Below are positions 56,377 to 64,000 of a DNA stretch of 64,000 nucleotides, piece by piece. The position numbers and the translations under genes were made by a program. The notes under the pieces were generated by a model that was not told the origin of the DNA, did no database searches, and was given only the letters and a program-made list of their open reading frames with translations. The first letter of the stretch is position 1; every line of letters begins with the position of its first letter. The stretch covers positions 2,154 through 66,153 of the forward strand of contig JAOLDG010000008.1 in the NCBI GenBank assembly GCA_028339975.1, given 5' to 3'. The DNA is from Hyphomicrobiales bacterium (GTDB lineage: Bacteria; Pseudomonadota; Alphaproteobacteria; MED-G09).

Positions 56377-57189
56377 ATGAAAAATGAAGCAACAAACATT
56401 CTTACTGTAGATAATTTAAAGCTGCACTATTCTTCTGCTAAAGGTTTTTTTTCTAAAAAAGAAATAGTTAAGGCTGTTGATGATATTTCTTTTAATCTTT
56501 TAGAGGGCGAGACACTTGGTATTGTTGGTGAATCAGGATCTGGAAAATCAAGTATATGTCGATTAGTCCTTAACCTTATTTCAAAAAGTTCAGGAAAAAT
56601 AACTTGGTTTGATAAGGATTTAGATACATTTAACAAAAAACAAATGAAAGAATTTAGAAGAAAAGTTCAAATAATTTTTCAAGACCCTTACGGTAGTTTA
56701 GATCCAAGAATGACTATTGGAAGCATTATAAAAGAACCATTGGATATATTTAATAAGAAATTCCTTAAAAAAGAAAAAGAAAAAATAATAACTGAACTAA
56801 TGAATGATGTTGGTCTTTCAAATGAATTATTTAATCGATACCCTCATGAATTATCCGGTGGTCAATGCCAAAGAGTTGGTATTGCAAGAGCAATAATCAA
56901 TAAACCTTCGGTATTAATCTGTGATGAACCAGTCTCTGCATTGGATTTGTCAATTCAAGCACAAATATTAGATCTTCTTAAAAACTTAAAGAATAAATAT
57001 AGCCTTACATTAGTATTTGTAAGTCATGACCTTTCAGTAATAAAATCAATTTGTGATAATGTTATAGTATTGAGGTCTGGAAAAATTGTAGAGAATAGAG
57101 AAGTTAATGATTTATTTAGGAATCCAGAGAATGAATACACAAAGAAATTAATTTCTTCAGTTCCCTCCCCTATTCCACTTAAAAGATAA
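56377..57189 (+). CDS. ABC transporter ATP-binding protein (OppF-like)
   Basis: Has Walker A GESGSGKS, the signature LSGGQCQR, and Walker B LICDEP. Confidence 0.8.
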   Translation: MKNEATNILTVDNLKLHYSSAKGFFSKKEIVKAVDDISFNLLEGETLGIVGESGSGKSSICRLVLNLISKSSGKITWFDKDLDTFNKKQMKEFRRKVQIIFQDPYGSLDPRMTIGSIIKEPLDIFNKKFLKKEKEKIITELMNDVGLSNELFNRYPHELSGGQCQRVGIARAIINKPSVLICDEPVSALDLSIQAQILDLLKNLKNKYSLTLVFVSHDLSVIKSICDNVIVLRSGKIVENREVNDLFRNPENEYTKKLISSVPSPIPLKR

Positions 57190-57227
57190 GTCAGAATTTA
57201 ATCATAAAATCTAAACTTTAATTTAAA

Positions 57228-57680
57228 TTATTGAGCTCTTGGCGCCACAGCTAGAATAGTCTCAGCTCCAGACCTTTTTCTAGAAATGCTTATAATAGCA
57301 GTTCTTAAGTCTTTTTCATAAACTAAGAATATTTGATTGCCCTGTTGCTCCATAATTAAAAACCAACCTGTATCAGGCATATGCTCTTTAAAATAACTGA
57401 AAACCGAATTGGCATCTAATCCGGAGTTAAAGTAAATTTGACCAAACCAATTTTCATCACTTCCAACAACAACAGATTTAGTTAAGTCTAGATAAGTTTC
57501 AGGAGGAAAAGCCACGTCACTAAATTGATTTAAAACATCTTCCTGAGTTGGCTCTGCATCAATTGATATATCATCATTGCTTACAGTTGACCCACCAGGA
57601 TTTGTAATAGATTCAAGTTGGGCACAAGAAACCAAAAAAACTAGCATAAGAGAAGCTAATAAATTACGAAATAAAGACAT
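57228..57680 (-). CDS. hypothetical lipoprotein
   Basis: Has a lipobox (LVFLVSC) after the signal peptide and is 150 aa. Confidence 0.45.
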   Translation of the reverse strand: MSLFRNLLASLMLVFLVSCAQLESITNPGGSTVSNDDISIDAEPTQEDVLNQFSDVAFPPETYLDLTKSVVVGSDENWFGQIYFNSGLDANSVFSYFKEHMPDTGWFLIMEQQGNQIFLVYEKDLRTAIISISRKRSGAETILAVAPRAQ

Positions 57681-57746
57681 CGATGACCTCCTAAAGAAAT
57701 AATAGTTAATAATTAACCCTTTATTAATGAGTCGGTCAAATAATTG

Positions 57747-58130
57747 TTAAAATATACACATTAAAGACGCTAATATCATAATGCTCCAACTACCTAGCGC
57801 ACCAACCATTCTTGGTAAATTATCTGGCCCTAATCCTTCTTCTGCAATTATTCCATATGCATGTGCTATACGACTCAAAATAAAACCTATTCCAAAGATA
57901 TGAACAAAAAATTCACTACCTCTGTATTCCATTAACATTAAAAGAATTATCATTAATGGTGCATGTTCTATAAGATTTCCAAATGCTCTTGATCTTTTAA
58001 GAAGAATAGAGTCATCTCCACCTAAGGCTGTTTTTGTTTCCATTCTTCGGAAAGCTGTATTTAAGGCCAAAGCAACAGCCATAATAACTAATATACCAGC
58101 ATAAAAAGCTGATCCGTTTAATTCATCCAT
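57747..58130 (-). CDS. MAPEG-family membrane protein
   Basis: 127 aa with 3-4 TM helices and a conserved NLIEHAP...R motif typical of MAPEG. Confidence 0.55.
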   Translation of the reverse strand: MDELNGSAFYAGILVIMAVALALNTAFRRMETKTALGGDDSILLKRSRAFGNLIEHAPLMIILLMLMEYRGSEFFVHIFGIGFILSRIAHAYGIIAEEGLGPDNLPRMVGALGSWSIMILASLMCIF

Positions 58131-58232
58131 TTCGCACCCTTATAAATATAATTTATTAACCCTATGATTCTATTAAAACAGCAATATTTAAGATCTTATT
58201 TGTAATTAGAAAATTTTGTTATACTTTAGAGT

Positions 58233-59471
58233 ATGTCTTTAACAGTAAAAATTATCACAGGTATGATTTTAGGTTTTTTAACTGGATTATTGATAAATGT
58301 TCTTTCGTTAAATAGTAATGAAATGATCAATATATATTTAGTTAATGGTTTGTTTGATACTATTGGTTCAATTTTTATTTCATCTTTAAAGCTAATGGTT
58401 GTTCCTCTTGTCTTTTTTTCACTATCAACAGGGGTTGCGTCTTTTGACAAAGATAAAAAATTATCAGTAATAGCTTTAAAAACGATTTCTCTTTATTTGC
58501 TGACAACAGCTATAGCTATATCCCTGGGCTTATTTATTGCAATTTTATTCTCACCTGGTGAAGGCTTAAATTTAACATCATCTGCTGAGTATATCGCACC
58601 TTCTCCTCCAGGAATTAAATCAGTTATTATTGATATATTTCCAACAAATCCTATTTCCGCGATGGCTGAAGGTAAAATGCTTCAAATAATTATATTTTCT
58701 ATATTTTTTGGTGTCGCACTAAGGTCAATTAAGGATAAAAACTCAGAACTCGTTAAAATAATGGAGAGCACAACCAATGTAGTAATGAAGATGGTATTTA
58801 TTTTAATAAACTTAGCTCCTTTTGGCGTTTATTGTTTAATGGCAAATTTATTTGCTACTCAAGGAATAGGTATTGTGGGAAATTTATTTCAATATTTTTT
58901 ACTTGTTGTTTTTGTTTTAATTATTCATGGTTTTGTTGTTTATCCTGCATTGTTATATTCTTTTACAAAAATAAAACCTTTTGGGTTTTATAAAAAATTA
59001 CGTCCAGTTATGCTGTTTGCTTTTTCAACATCGTCTTCAAATGCAACAATGCCCGTTACCTTAAAAACAGTTACGCAAGATTTAGGTGTAAATCCAAAAA
59101 TTGCTTCTTTTACGATACCTTTAGGGGCAACAGTCAATATGGATGGAACAGCTATAATGCAAGGTGTTGCAACTATTTTTATTGCTAATGCTTATAATAT
59201 TGATTTATCAACTATTGATTATTTAATGGTCATACTAACAGCCACAATGGCATCTATTGGAACCGCTGGAGTGCCAGGTGTTGGTTTAATAATGCTAGCG
59301 ATGGTTTTATCACAGGTTGGACTTCCAACAGAGGGTATTGCTTTAATATTGGGTGTTGATAGACTCCTTGATATGATTAGAACTGTTGTAAATGTTACTG
59401 GGGATAGTACCGTCTCAACTATAGTGGCGCATTCAGAGGGTGCTTTAGATAATAATAAAAATAATAATTAA
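58233..59471 (+). CDS. dicarboxylate/amino acid:cation symporter (DAACS, GltP family)
   Basis: Has the conserved DAACS motifs (TSSSNATMPV, GATVNMDGTA, VDRLLDMIRTVVNVTGD). Confidence 0.8.
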   Translation: MSLTVKIITGMILGFLTGLLINVLSLNSNEMINIYLVNGLFDTIGSIFISSLKLMVVPLVFFSLSTGVASFDKDKKLSVIALKTISLYLLTTAIAISLGLFIAILFSPGEGLNLTSSAEYIAPSPPGIKSVIIDIFPTNPISAMAEGKMLQIIIFSIFFGVALRSIKDKNSELVKIMESTTNVVMKMVFILINLAPFGVYCLMANLFATQGIGIVGNLFQYFLLVVFVLIIHGFVVYPALLYSFTKIKPFGFYKKLRPVMLFAFSTSSSNATMPVTLKTVTQDLGVNPKIASFTIPLGATVNMDGTAIMQGVATIFIANAYNIDLSTIDYLMVILTATMASIGTAGVPGVGLIMLAMVLSQVGLPTEGIALILGVDRLLDMIRTVVNVTGDSTVSTIVAHSEGALDNNKNNN

Positions 59472-59495
59472 TTTATTTAAATAAAGGAGAAGTAA

Positions 59496-60545
59496 ATGAA
59501 AAGTGAAGCAATTGTTGAGTTTGGAAAACCTCTTAAAACTATCGAAAGCGAAACACCTAAGCCTAAGGGTAAAGAGGTTTTATTAAAAATCACATATAGC
59601 GGTGTCTGTCATTCAGATGTCCATCTTCATGATGGTTATTTTGATCTTGGTGGTGGAAATCAATTACCTGTTGGTGCGGCAATGAATTTACCACATACAC
59701 TTGGACATGAGATTGAAGGAGAGGTTGTAAGTGTTGGGCCTGATGTGTCTGATGTAGAGATTGGATCAAGTGTTGTTGCTTATCCATGGATAGGTTGTGG
59801 GGAATGTTCTACCTGCGAAACAGGTGATGAACATTATTGTAATGCACCTCAGCAATTAGGTATTCAACTACCTGGAGGTTTTTCCGACTTTTGTTTAATT
59901 CCTGATTCAAAGTATCTTCTAGATTATACAGGTATAAGACCAGGCTTAGCGGCAACTTATATGTGCTCTGGCTTAACAGCATTTGGTGCTTTAAAAAAAT
60001 TAGTAAATGTAAATGCTGACGATCATATTCTTATAATGGGATTGGGTGGAGTTGGCATGATGGGTCTTCAATTTGCAAGATCACTGTTTAATTGCAAAAT
60101 TTTAGCAGCAGATATTGACCCCAATAAACTTCAGGCAGCACAAGGAGCTGGTGCGGATGAAGTCTACGACACATCTGATGAGTTATCATTATTAAAACTA
60201 ATAGAAGATACCAAGGGCGGTGTTAAGGCAGCTGTAGATTTTGTTGGTGCAGAAAAAACACTTAAATATTCAATGGATTCAACAAAAAAAGGTGGTCAGA
60301 TTATTGTTGTTGGTCTTTTTGGCGGAGCATTTCAGATGCCTATACCGATGTTTCCTCTTTCAGCTAAAAGTATTGGTGGAAGTTTTGTTGGCAATCTCGA
60401 TGAAACAAAAGAAATGTTGGAGTTAGTAAAATCAGGTAAGGTTGACCCTATACCCGTAGCAAATCGTGAAATGAATCAAGCATCACAAACTCTTGATGAT
60501 TTAAGGGAAGGTGCAATTACAGGTAGGGTTGTTCTACAACCTTAA
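59496..60545 (+). CDS. zinc-dependent alcohol dehydrogenase
   Basis: Has GVCHSD at the catalytic zinc site, the structural zinc CGECSTCETGDEHYC, and the Rossmann motif GLGGVG. Confidence 0.8.
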   Translation: MKSEAIVEFGKPLKTIESETPKPKGKEVLLKITYSGVCHSDVHLHDGYFDLGGGNQLPVGAAMNLPHTLGHEIEGEVVSVGPDVSDVEIGSSVVAYPWIGCGECSTCETGDEHYCNAPQQLGIQLPGGFSDFCLIPDSKYLLDYTGIRPGLAATYMCSGLTAFGALKKLVNVNADDHILIMGLGGVGMMGLQFARSLFNCKILAADIDPNKLQAAQGAGADEVYDTSDELSLLKLIEDTKGGVKAAVDFVGAEKTLKYSMDSTKKGGQIIVVGLFGGAFQMPIPMFPLSAKSIGGSFVGNLDETKEMLELVKSGKVDPIPVANREMNQASQTLDDLREGAITGRVVLQP

Positions 60546-60580
60546 TATTTTAAATTAAATAATCTTGAGGGAGAATAATT

Positions 60581-61351
60581 ATGAATACCTGGAAGCATAT
60601 ATCGCCAAAAGACTATGACTGGAGTCTCTTTGGAGATAAAAACGGTCGAGAAACATCGATGGTAAAAACCTTTTTCGAAGGAAACCAATTTATTTGGGAA
60701 GCCTCTCTAAAACCTAACTATTTAGCAGAATCACACTGGCACCCATATGATATCGTACAGATATTTCTTGAGGGAGAATTTATATCTGAAGAAGAAGGAT
60801 CGTTTTTTCCTGGGGATGTTAGATGGGTAAAGGCTGGAAAGTCGACAATTGAAAGTGCTGGAAGTGAAGGATCTAGATTCTACTTAATAGCATTGGGCGG
60901 AAATATACCTTTAATGTGGGACGATCTATACGAAGTTCCCGATGATCTGAAAAATCAATTAACAGAAAGAGGCAGCCCAGTTGGAAATGCCAATATTAAT
61001 AAGCTTCCATTTATTCCCTTTGAGGATGAAAATGGTCGGCCTACTCAACCAGTACAGATAATATGTGATGAGTCCCCTTATATTGTAAGGACAACCTTTG
61101 AACCCGGATATTCAGCATCAGATCACTGGCATAAGTATGATACAATGTATTTTATAATGGATGGAGAAATGTCTTTCAGCAAAGATGAGCCGTTATATAA
61201 AAAGGGAGATATTAGAGTTGTTAAGGGTGGCTATTCTTATGGTCCAGAAAAGCCAGGAAAAGATGGAGTAACATTTATATTAATTTCCAACGGAGGACCC
61301 ATAGACTTAAATTGGTCAGATATTAAAAAACCACCTGTAATGCAACTTTAA
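60581..61351 (+). CDS. bicupin (two cupin-domain) protein
   Basis: Two repeats of ~120 aa each contain HWH...(beta-barrel)...G motifs (ESHWHPYD and SDHWHKYD). Confidence 0.45.
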   Translation: MNTWKHISPKDYDWSLFGDKNGRETSMVKTFFEGNQFIWEASLKPNYLAESHWHPYDIVQIFLEGEFISEEEGSFFPGDVRWVKAGKSTIESAGSEGSRFYLIALGGNIPLMWDDLYEVPDDLKNQLTERGSPVGNANINKLPFIPFEDENGRPTQPVQIICDESPYIVRTTFEPGYSASDHWHKYDTMYFIMDGEMSFSKDEPLYKKGDIRVVKGGYSYGPEKPGKDGVTFILISNGGPIDLNWSDIKKPPVMQL

Positions 61352-61364
61352 TATAGCATTTATT

Positions 61365-62639
61365 TTATTTTTTTCCAGCAAACCAGAACATTGGAATAGA
61401 TAAAGATGATATTAAGGTAAAAAATAATAGTGTTTTTGTATAAGGCTCTGAAATAGGAACCAAGGCATTCTCATTATACATGATTAATGTATCTAAAATA
61501 ATTCCAGTTCCAGTTGTTCCTATAAACATTCCAATCATATTTAAATTTAAAATAAAGAAAGCGATTACTGTAGCCTTCATATGCGAGGGTGCTAACTCTT
61601 GAACGGTTGCAAAAATAGGTCCATAAACTGCTCCTAATTGGAAAGATCCAGCCATCATTGCAATCCAAAATATATAGGTATCAGGCGAAACAATTCGACC
61701 CAAAATATTTAATGGGAGTAATAAAAGCATCACCCAAAATAAAAACATTGGCCTCCCAAGATTAAATTTCTTTGAAAACCAATCCGATCCTAATCCACCA
61801 AATAAGTTACCCAAAATACCAAATACTACAACAATATAACCTGTGTATTGAGCAATTTCGGCTTTATCAAAACCACGCTCTTTAACATACCAAACTTGAT
61901 CATAAACGGCTGCACCCAATACAAAGTGATAAATAACACCGCCATATATGCATAATGTTAAAGGTTTGGAATCTTTAAGGGCTTTAATTAAATCATTTTT
62001 AATTAATCGAAGATCAATTTTTTTCTTTTCACTATTATTTATTTTAATGGATCTAGGGGTTTCCTTAATAAAAAACATTATTAATGATAAAATTACTCCT
62101 AGGCCTCCAAGTATATAAAAGCACATTCTCCAACCAATAATTGGACCTAAGGAACCGGCTATTATCAAACTAAGACCAGCACCAATAGGTATACCCATGT
62201 AATAAGCGCCAGTAACAAAGCCCATTTTACTCTGAGGAAATCTATCTCCAAGTATTGATATTGATGTGGGAGTTAAAATTGACTCACCAACACCAATGAA
62301 CATTCTAGGAAGTAAAAGACCGGTAAATCCCTTTGCTGCTCCTGATAATGCGGTTAAAAAGCTCCACAGAGCTACACCAATAGCAATTAATCTTGGTCGA
62401 TGGACTTTATCAGCTAAAATACCCATAAAAAGACCCATAATTGAATAAAAAAATAGAAACCCAAATCCTGTTAGAATCCCAAATTGGGTATTTGAAAGAG
62501 AAAGGTCAGGGATTATAAAGTTTGCAAAGCTTGCTAATAACTGTCTATCAACGAAATTCATTACATTTAGTAATATTAAAAATACTAAAAATATATAATG
62601 TCTGGATTCAGTTTTTTCTTTTTCTTTTTTATCTATCAT
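61365..62639 (-). CDS. MFS transporter
   Basis: Has 12 predicted TM helices and the MFS motif A-like GILADKVHRPRLIAIG. Confidence 0.75.
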   Translation of the reverse strand: MIDKKEKEKTESRHYIFLVFLILLNVMNFVDRQLLASFANFIIPDLSLSNTQFGILTGFGFLFFYSIMGLFMGILADKVHRPRLIAIGVALWSFLTALSGAAKGFTGLLLPRMFIGVGESILTPTSISILGDRFPQSKMGFVTGAYYMGIPIGAGLSLIIAGSLGPIIGWRMCFYILGGLGVILSLIMFFIKETPRSIKINNSEKKKIDLRLIKNDLIKALKDSKPLTLCIYGGVIYHFVLGAAVYDQVWYVKERGFDKAEIAQYTGYIVVVFGILGNLFGGLGSDWFSKKFNLGRPMFLFWVMLLLLPLNILGRIVSPDTYIFWIAMMAGSFQLGAVYGPIFATVQELAPSHMKATVIAFFILNLNMIGMFIGTTGTGIILDTLIMYNENALVPISEPYTKTLLFFTLISSLSIPMFWFAGKK

Positions 62640-62708
62640 ATTAAATTATAAATTGTATGATAAAGACATAACATTATTTTATAAATTTAACTAAATTAAG
62701 ATGAAAAA

Positions 62709-63032
62709 ATGAAAAAAGCTTACGTACTTATTTTGATATTTACTTTTATTTCCCCATTTAATCTCGCACTTTCCAGTGAGAGAGAGTGTTTTGATACTAA
62801 GGATATTGAGAATATTAAATTCAAAAAAGATTATTTATTATTCAAAAATAGAAAAAATTTGAACTATTCAGTAACTTGCAAGGGTAATCGACATTTAACA
62901 TTTCAAAGTCCTTTAATTATTGAACCTCAGAAAATGGGTTATAAAATTTGTTCAAATGATGTTTTAAAGCTCAAAGAATACTCATGCTTTATCGATGAGA
63001 TTAAATTAATCGTCGATGAAAATAAAGATTAA
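62709..63032 (+). CDS. hypothetical secreted protein
   Basis: Has a signal peptide. It is 107 aa with 4 Cys. Confidence 0.35.
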   Translation: MKKAYVLILIFTFISPFNLALSSERECFDTKDIENIKFKKDYLLFKNRKNLNYSVTCKGNRHLTFQSPLIIEPQKMGYKICSNDVLKLKEYSCFIDEIKLIVDENKD

Positions 63033-63199
63033 TTATATATTTCAATTACTAATTTACTTATATTAATTTAGTTAAATTAAAAAAAATGAAAAAAATTCTT
63101 ATACTATTAACTGTAATATTATTATTTATAATTTTTTTATTAGGTTTTCTTGTGATGATAAATAAAATCCTATTATTTTTTTATGGTTTTTAAAAAATA

Positions 63200-63505
63200 C
63201 TAATCATCGTCAAGATCGAATATCTCTAAATTATCAAGTTCTTCATTCCATCCAGGAGTAAGGTAATTATCAATCTTTATAGCCTTCTTTATCTCAGGAT
63301 CACTTTTATCTAACTCATCCAAATAAAGATCAACTTCAGCCTTGCCTTTGCTTATTTCTTCCTCGGTAAGATTTTCAGAAAAACTTTCTGCTAGATATAG
63401 AGCCTCATTTGATTCCTCTTTGGTTGGAGCTGTTATATGAAGAACAAGAGCATTTTTAAAGGCTTCATAAAAATTTTCAGGCTCTTTCGTGGTATCAATA
63501 GTCAT
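63200..63505 (-). CDS. hypothetical acidic protein
   Basis: 101 aa, highly acidic. Its start overlaps the stop of the upstream small ORF (TAAATG). Confidence 0.35.
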   Translation of the reverse strand: MTIDTTKEPENFYEAFKNALVLHITAPTKEESNEALYLAESFSENLTEEEISKGKAEVDLYLDELDKSDPEIKKAIKIDNYLTPGWNEELDNLEIFDLDDD

Positions 63506-63665
63506 TTAAAAACTCTTATTCTTAAAATTTTTATTTCTCAATTCAACTTCAACTTCTTGCTTGGCTTTATCGATTTCTTGTTTTGTTAATTTATTTATAT
63601 AAAAAGAACCATTTTCACCAGTCAATAAAGCTGATTTATAAAAATTATAGTTTTTTTTACTCATT
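63506..63665 (-). CDS. unannotated 52-aa ORF (MSKKNYNFYKSALLTGENGSFYINKLTKQEIDKAKQEVEVELRNKNFKNKSF)
   Basis: Found by manual translation. It sits between the MazG-like gene and the acidic protein. It starts 5 nt after the MazG-like start-proximal boundary, and its stop overlaps the next start. Confidence 0.25.
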
Positions 63666-63669
63666 TAAA

Positions 63670-63966
63670 CTAACTGTCACCCTCTTTTATAAAAATTCCA
63701 TCAACCATTCGCCCCTTCCTGTCCTTAATATCGTTATATGCTGTAGAGAGACACTCCTCCATACTGACGCCCTGCCTTTCCATGATATTAAGCATTACAA
63801 CCATCATATCCCCTAGGTCATCCTTCACATCCTTTCCCTTGCAAACACTATCACTTAGCTCTCCAAGCTCTTGTATTAGCTTTAAAACCTGATCTTTGTC
63901 TGAACTTCCATCTATAAGATTTCTATCATGATGCCATTGAACAATTAAATTAGTTAGCTCTTCCAT
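63670..63966 (-). CDS. MazG-like nucleotide pyrophosphohydrolase family protein
   Basis: 98 aa with a MazG-fold E..E...E..D pattern (QELGELSD...DDLGDMMV). Confidence 0.55.
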   Translation of the reverse strand: MEELTNLIVQWHHDRNLIDGSSDKDQVLKLIQELGELSDSVCKGKDVKDDLGDMMVVMLNIMERQGVSMEECLSTAYNDIKDRKGRMVDGIFIKEGDS

Positions 63967-64000
63967 ATTATCTCCTTAATTTACTCAACAATGTCTAAAA

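Overview
The window is AT-rich (roughly 28-30% GC by eye), compact, mostly single-copy bacterial chromosome. It looks alphaproteobacterial, and the gene content resembles SAR11/Pelagibacterales: an NDUFS4-like complex I subunit, SdhE, and a recG-sdhE-mfd block. Most of the window is ordinary housekeeping or metabolism: carotenoid cleavage oxygenase, nitroreductase, bipA/typA, glmU-glmS, a FabH-like KAS III, a Rieske-oxygenase catabolic cluster, oppBCDF, recG, mfd, tatD, DAACS and MFS transporters, and dehydrogenases. The exception is a tRNA-Arg(TCT) gene at 6768-6844 that serves as an integration hotspot. A 51-bp perfect direct repeat of the tRNA 3' end (6800-6850 and 15114-15164) brackets an ~8.3 kb integrated element. 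That element carries a large divergent tyrosine integrase (714 aa, with a ~300-aa C-terminal extension), a fused prohead-protease/HK97 major capsid protein gene of clearly higher GC, an AlpA-type excisionase, a DUF1376 replication-associated protein, small cargo genes, inverted arm-type integrase sites at both ends, and a GC-rich structured non-coding region. It resembles a capsid-encoding phage-satellite (cfPICI or tycheposon-like) element. Immediately downstream, a second, degenerate copy of the tRNA 3' end (about 16584-16627) has compensatory T-stem changes. It delimits a ~1.5 kb decayed islet that carries a TagD-like cytidylyltransferase and a CDP-alcohol phosphatidyltransferase, i.e. a horizontally acquired lipid or solute head-group module. 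Other points of note are a DUF2256 gene apparently starting at AUU with a strong SD, an alkaline-ceramidase-family membrane protein next to an HMGS-like/DUF35 plus SCP-x thiolase pair, and several unannotated tiny coupled ORFs. No rRNA genes or CRISPR arrays were seen.
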